A stretch of 64,000 bases of DNA from a virus: positions 15,485 through 79,484 of the IMG/VR virus record IMGVR_UViG_3300032782_000005; one strand, written 5' to 3'. A program made the translations under genes and the position numbers. The notes beneath the pieces are model-generated. The model did no database searches and was not told where the DNA came from. It saw only the letters and a program-made list of their open reading frames with translations. Below are positions 59,816 to 64,000 of the stretch, piece by piece. Within the stretch, counting starts at the first letter, position 1; each line of letters starts with the position of its first letter.

Positions 59816-61087
59816 ATGGCGACCGCAACGCTTGGTGAATTGCTCCTACCTCAATCCATTTTGTCCGTGATCTCCAGAGTCAAAGGCGGTCGCGGCCCCA
59901 TCGCGTCGTGGCTGGGCTTCCTCCCGTCCGGCTTCGACCCCGACACCTTGACCGTGCGCGGCCCCAACGTCATCAACGACGCGGCCAGGGTCACATCGGG
60001 AGTCGGCGCAGGTGGAAGTCTCCGTTACTACACCTACCGCATCTTCGATCACACCCGTACCACACTGAAACTCCGCGCTCCGGGAACCGGGCCGGGGACC
60101 ATCGCCGAACAACCGATGGGCCAGAACACCGTGGTCGTGGCGCGCTTCCACGACAAGATTCCGCTCAACTACGAGCGGCTGGGGAACCTGTCCCCGATGA
60201 TGGGGCCGAACAGTCAGATCGACCCCGGCGGCCAGAACTACATCACCCAGCAGGAAGAGGTTCTGGCGCGCAAGTCGAACAAGACGGTCGAGGTCATGGC
60301 CGCCGGCATGATGCGCGACTCGCTCTATGTCGTGCAGGTCGGCGACGACTGGTGGCCGCAATTCGCCGCGCCCAACAACCCTGCGTTCGGCGGAACGGGA
60401 ACGCAGGTCGGCTTCCAGATTCCGTTTCAGGTTCCAGCGTCCAACAAGTCGCAGCTGAACTTGCTGGGAACCGGCAACATCATCACCGTCTCCTGGGCCA
60501 ACCCGAACGCGAACCTGATTCAGCAGTTCGAGTCGCTGAAGGCGGCGTACATCCAGTTGCACGGCTTCTCGCTGACCGACGCCTGGATCAACTCGACCCT
60601 GTGGCCCGCCATCGGGCTCAACACCTACGTCCGCAACATGGCCGGCTCGGTGAACAAGCCGTTTGCGACCTACACCCGCAAGGACTACGGCGGGATGGAA
60701 GGAACGGGACCGGAGGACACGTTCTACATCGAGTTGGAAGGCGTGCCGTGGCTGCGCTGGCACACGACCGACGACGTTGCGGTGTTGAACTCCGACATCG
60801 ACGTGTCCTACTCGACGGCGCCGGCTGCGGCAAACGTGGCGAAACTCGTCCCGGACAACATGTGCATCTTCGCCACCGACCCCAAGCCGCAGGAGTGGTG
60901 CGTGCTGGTCGAAGGTGGGGAATACGTCGTGGAGAATCCGGGGATGCCGGGTGCGCTCAGGACGGGGTGGTATGCGTGGCATGAGTACACGACTCAGCCG
61001 AGCCAGATCGAGCTTCTGGTTTTGCTCAATTGTGTACCTGCCTTATATATTCCCTCCGTAGTCGCTCCGGCAACTGTCATATTCTAG
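59816..61087 (+). CDS. Major capsid protein (lambda gpE-like)
   Basis: Position, 423 aa length, WANPNAN motif, C-terminal P...L....VPALY.P. Confidence 0.75.
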   Translation: MATATLGELLLPQSILSVISRVKGGRGPIASWLGFLPSGFDPDTLTVRGPNVINDAARVTSGVGAGGSLRYYTYRIFDHTRTTLKLRAPGTGPGTIAEQPMGQNTVVVARFHDKIPLNYERLGNLSPMMGPNSQIDPGGQNYITQQEEVLARKSNKTVEVMAAGMMRDSLYVVQVGDDWWPQFAAPNNPAFGGTGTQVGFQIPFQVPASNKSQLNLLGTGNIITVSWANPNANLIQQFESLKAAYIQLHGFSLTDAWINSTLWPAIGLNTYVRNMAGSVNKPFATYTRKDYGGMEGTGPEDTFYIELEGVPWLRWHTTDDVAVLNSDIDVSYSTAPAAANVAKLVPDNMCIFATDPKPQEWCVLVEGGEYVVENPGMPGALRTGWYAWHEYTTQPSQIELLVLLNCVPALYIPSVVAPATVIF

Positions 61088-61962
61088 CGATCTGCTTTGT
61101 CCGCTTTGTGCGGGCAGACGCCGAAGTGGCTGCGGGCGATGTTGCAGTTGAAGCAGAGGACTTGGAGATGATCGGGGTAGCCGAGCTTCTTCATGCGAGC
61201 ATAAAACACGGCGCCCAAGCCGTGGTTCTTCCGGTCCTCTTTGCCGTCGTCATTGATATGGTCGAGCGTCAGAAACTCGATCTCCTTGATGCCGCAGCAG
61301 GCGCAACGAGGCTCACCATGGCTGTAATGGGAAAGGACTTCCAATTTCAGCCGGCGGCGGAAGCGAAGATGGCGGGCGCGAGCGATGGGTCGCCAACAGG
61401 TTCGGCAAATTGGCGCGAGGCCCCAACGGAATCCGGGCTTTTTGGCGAAGAATTCATCCGTGAACGGAAACTTATCACGGCACCTGTTGCAGACCTTGAA
61501 ATCGGGGCGAGGCTTGCCTTCGTGTGCGATGCAGCCACAGGACCACGAGTCGCCCCGCCTCAGCGAGTTTGTTGTCACGACGCGCTCTGTTTTGGCGGCG
61601 CAGGAGCACTGGACATTCCAATGGTGGTGCGTCTTCCAGTAACCCGCATACGAGATGACGTTCCAGCGCTCAAAGATTTGGCCGGTGAGGTCGATAAAGC
61701 CGCGGTCGGCGCTCGGTTTGGCGAAATCGGCCTTGCGGCACGCGAGAGAGCAAAATTTGCCAGCGCGGATGGATGGGTAGAACCAGAAGGGCTTGCCGCA
61801 GGTGATGCAGATCGCTTCAGTCTTGCCGGCCCCCTTGCGATAACCCTGGCCCTTCCGCTGGCACGCCTTTGAGCAGTATTTGGCGTGGCCTCGGTTGTTG
61901 GTTTGGACGACGAAAGGCTTCTGGCACACGGCGCAATTTTTAGTGAGAGCGGCTTCTGTCAT
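61084..61962 (-). CDS. HNH endonuclease with N-terminal Cys4 repeats, antisense insertion
   Basis: C..C.KPF...YCS..C twice; LTLDHINDDG...LQVLCFNCN; own promoter TGGACT-N17-TATAAT at 62016-61988. Confidence 0.85.
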   Translation of the reverse strand: MTEAALTKNCAVCQKPFVVQTNNRGHAKYCSKACQRKGQGYRKGAGKTEAICITCGKPFWFYPSIRAGKFCSLACRKADFAKPSADRGFIDLTGQIFERWNVISYAGYWKTHHHWNVQCSCAAKTERVVTTNSLRRGDSWSCGCIAHEGKPRPDFKVCNRCRDKFPFTDEFFAKKPGFRWGLAPICRTCWRPIARARHLRFRRRLKLEVLSHYSHGEPRCACCGIKEIEFLTLDHINDDGKEDRKNHGLGAVFYARMKKLGYPDHLQVLCFNCNIARSHFGVCPHKADKADR

Positions 61963-62020
61963 GGAATCCTCGTGTTAGGGCACTCTCATTATATGCTGCG
62001 TGACATAGAGAGTCCAATGG

Positions 62021-62779
62021 ATGCCGGTCCCGCTTCCGAATCTCTACTGTTCGCCCCAGGACGTGTACGATTCGCTTGGCGCAGAAGGGACGGACCTCCT
62101 TCTCGACGACCGCAACGAGGCGACCGGCCAGAAAGTCGTGGCCACGCAGACTGCGGCCCTGAATGCGACGACGCTCCCGATTCAGGCCCTGACGTTCCCG
62201 ATCCTCGCCGGCTCGACGCTACAGTTCGCCGGCTCCGGGTCGGATCAGATTGGGGTGACGCTTTCGAGCGTTGCGAGAACGGGCGACACGACGCTCACAG
62301 TCAACCCGCTCTCGGCGCAGGTCAACGCCCTGGCCAGCGCGATCGACAGCGGGGCCAACGTCGCGGCGGCTCGCAGGCTCGTGAAAGCCTGCCAGTACGG
62401 GACCAGCGAGGTCAAGTTCTATTGCTGCACGCGCTACGACGACAGCCAGTTGGTGCTGGCGTGGTCCTGCAATAGATGGGCGACGGCGCTGGGAGCCAGG
62501 TGGCTCGCTCGCAGGCGAAGACAGTCGGCGTCCAAGGGAATCGAGGCCGACGCGGAGCACGCCCTGGAACAGATGCTCATGGTTTCGACCGGGGCGCGGT
62601 CCATCGAGGACATCGGCACGAGAACGTCGGGTTGGCCGTACATGAGCAACATCGACGTGGACGTGAGGTACGAGTTGGGCAAGGTTCGCGTGATCCCGGT
62701 TCTGTCCGAAGGAACCCCAACGCAGTACGCCCAACTGATCGACTTCAACAGTATCTTCTATACGGGATACACTTGGTAG
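62021..62779 (+). CDS. Head-tail connector/adaptor (Mu gp36-like) with an inserted domain
   Basis: YCSPQDV start, EV.FY...RY, A...L.RRR; follows the major capsid gene. Confidence 0.6.
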   Translation: MPVPLPNLYCSPQDVYDSLGAEGTDLLLDDRNEATGQKVVATQTAALNATTLPIQALTFPILAGSTLQFAGSGSDQIGVTLSSVARTGDTTLTVNPLSAQVNALASAIDSGANVAAARRLVKACQYGTSEVKFYCCTRYDDSQLVLAWSCNRWATALGARWLARRRRQSASKGIEADAEHALEQMLMVSTGARSIEDIGTRTSGWPYMSNIDVDVRYELGKVRVIPVLSEGTPTQYAQLIDFNSIFYTGYTW

Positions 62780-62789
62780 GAGAGGAACG

Positions 62790-63497
62790 ATGGCGACGAT
62801 CACCCGCGAGGCCCTGACGGTCCAGGGGCAGGTCCTCAAACTCTCCACCGCCGGCCAGTCCCGCGTCGGCTTCGGGATCACCGGGACGTGGGTGGGAACC
62901 CTGTCGTTCTACGTCTCCTACGACGGGATCAATTACCTGACGTTCCCCGGCGGCGCGCTCACCGTTCAGCCGTTCCCGGCAGGGACGGGCCAGCAGACAA
63001 CGAGCGCCAACGGCAACTTCTTCGCCGACGTGAACAACGCCCTCTTCGTCGCCGTCGTCCTGACGACCCTCACAAGCGGGGCGCCGTCCGTCGCCATCGC
63101 GGCGGCCAACGACGGCTCGTGGCAAGACGCTTTTCTTGCCGCGACCAGTCTGGAGATCAGCCAGAATGTGGCCGGAGGCGCGGTCAACAGCCAGGTCGTC
63201 GCCGCCGTCCCAAGCCGGGCGTGGCGCTGTCGCTCGGCCTCCGTCGGCTTCTCCGCCGCTCCCGCCGCAGCGGTCGAGTTTCAGATTCTCGACGGCGCGT
63301 CCAGCGTCCTCTTCGATTGCTACATTCCCAAGGACACGCCCGTCGGCTTCTACACCGTCCCGTTGCCTCCCCCTGACCCGGCTACTCCGAGTTCGGGCGG
63401 CGTCGTGGGGACCATCGGCAACAGCATGACCCTGAAGCTGTCCGCGCCGGGCGGGTCGGTGGTGAGTACCGTAAACGGAGAAATGCACTGCGGTTAG
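62790..63497 (+). CDS. Virion structural protein
   Basis: GAGG RBS; TGTWVGT..F..S.DG.NY beta-sandwich pattern. Confidence 0.6.
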   Translation: MATITREALTVQGQVLKLSTAGQSRVGFGITGTWVGTLSFYVSYDGINYLTFPGGALTVQPFPAGTGQQTTSANGNFFADVNNALFVAVVLTTLTSGAPSVAIAAANDGSWQDAFLAATSLEISQNVAGGAVNSQVVAAVPSRAWRCRSASVGFSAAPAAAVEFQILDGASSVLFDCYIPKDTPVGFYTVPLPPPDPATPSSGGVVGTIGNSMTLKLSAPGGSVVSTVNGEMHCG

Positions 63498-63522
63498 GAT
63501 CAGCGTCCGCGTCGGTCCCTTG

Positions 63523-63560
63523 GCGCCGCCGTCTGGCTTCGTGACAGGCGGCGGCGTTTT
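63523..63560 (+). terminator. Rho-independent terminator-like hairpin
   Basis: GCGCCGCCGTCTG/CAGGCGGCGGCGT followed by TTT. Confidence 0.55.
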
Positions 63561-63575
63561 CGTTGGTGGTGAGTC

Positions 63576-64000
63576 ATGCCGAACTGGGCCAACATCCTGC
63601 CTCCGGCGTTCGTGCCCAACACGGCGTATTGCATCAATAACGTCGTGCCCGCGGCCGAGGGGGACCTGTCCGACTCGAACAACCAGTCCGGCGATCCGAT
63701 CTCCATACCATTCGCCGCCGCCATTGATGCGCACGTCACACTCACGGCTTCAGGCCCGATCACGTCCCAGACCACCTACGTCGTCCTTCAGGAGGATATG
63801 GGCGACGGGACGTGGCTCGACATGGCCTGGTGCGTGTGGACGGGGATATCTGGATCGGCCTCCTTCAGTTTTTCGGCCGGGGTCGGGGGAGGGTCGGCGG
63901 TCCAGCAGACGCGCGCCGTGGGTTCCGCACCTGCTTCCAGCGGATACAACCAGGGGCCGATCTCCGGCAGGCTTCGCTTCGTCGGCAAAACCTCGCTTGG
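63576..64000 (+). CDS. Virion structural protein (runs off the window)
   Basis: Open frame from MPNWANIL to the window end. Confidence 0.6.
   Translation, partial: MPNWANILPPAFVPNTAYCINNVVPAAEGDLSDSNNQSGDPISIPFAAAIDAHVTLTASGPITSQTTYVVLQEDMGDGTWLDMAWCVWTGISGSASFSFSAGVGGGSAVQQTRAVGSAPASSGYNQGPISGRLRFVGKTSL

Noticed and set aside
1690-60982. Many long minus-strand and alternate-frame ORFs (e.g. 9100..10284, 15724..16854, 19796..21034, 39442..40758, 57896..59047)
   Set aside because: They overlap well-supported + strand genes and are expected shadows in high-GC DNA.
1-64000. Genome-wide stop-codon reassignment
   Set aside because: Most genes end normally at TGA, TAA or TAG with coupled starts. 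The two breaks need a frame change, not readthrough.

Overview
A GC-rich tailed dsDNA bacteriophage or prophage segment, with almost all genes on the + strand. The host is probably a planctomycete; this is an inference from gene style and an IS remnant. Order of modules: tail/fibre genes with Ser-rich stalks (1-4.4 kb); an inverted moron with IS debris (4.4-6.3 kb); a ~16 kb glycan-building cluster (6.3-22.7 kb) with three GT9-like domains, GT2/GT34-like transferases, two HldE-type modules, DegT, GNAT, TylF and SAM methyltransferases and two radical-SAM enzymes, interrupted by GroES and an HNH gene; membrane proteins and a secreted papain-like protease (22.7-28.3 kb); regulation, recombination and replication genes (RHH, ERF, YqaJ, LexA-like HTH, ParB-like, SF2 helicase, beta clamp; 28.4-38.8 kb); more virion genes, including a mucin-like protein (38.8-42.8 kb); small DNA-binding proteins and an early-gene array sharing a leader motif (42.8-48.4 kb); terminase (51.1 kb); a ParB moron; Mu-like protease/scaffold, decoration protein, major capsid and head-completion genes (57.3-64 kb). 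No portal, integrase, CRISPR array or rRNA was recognised. Best leads: (1) a phage-encoded heptose/amino-sugar glycosylation system paired with Ser/Pro-rich virion proteins; (2) a dispersed 22-bp palindrome with a conserved AT-rich flank, plus ParB-like genes carrying related sites inside their own ORFs; (3) a prfB-like +1 frameshift site; (4) repeated promoter/leader architectures and tRNA-like RNAs. All annotations come from reading motifs by eye; no database searches were run.
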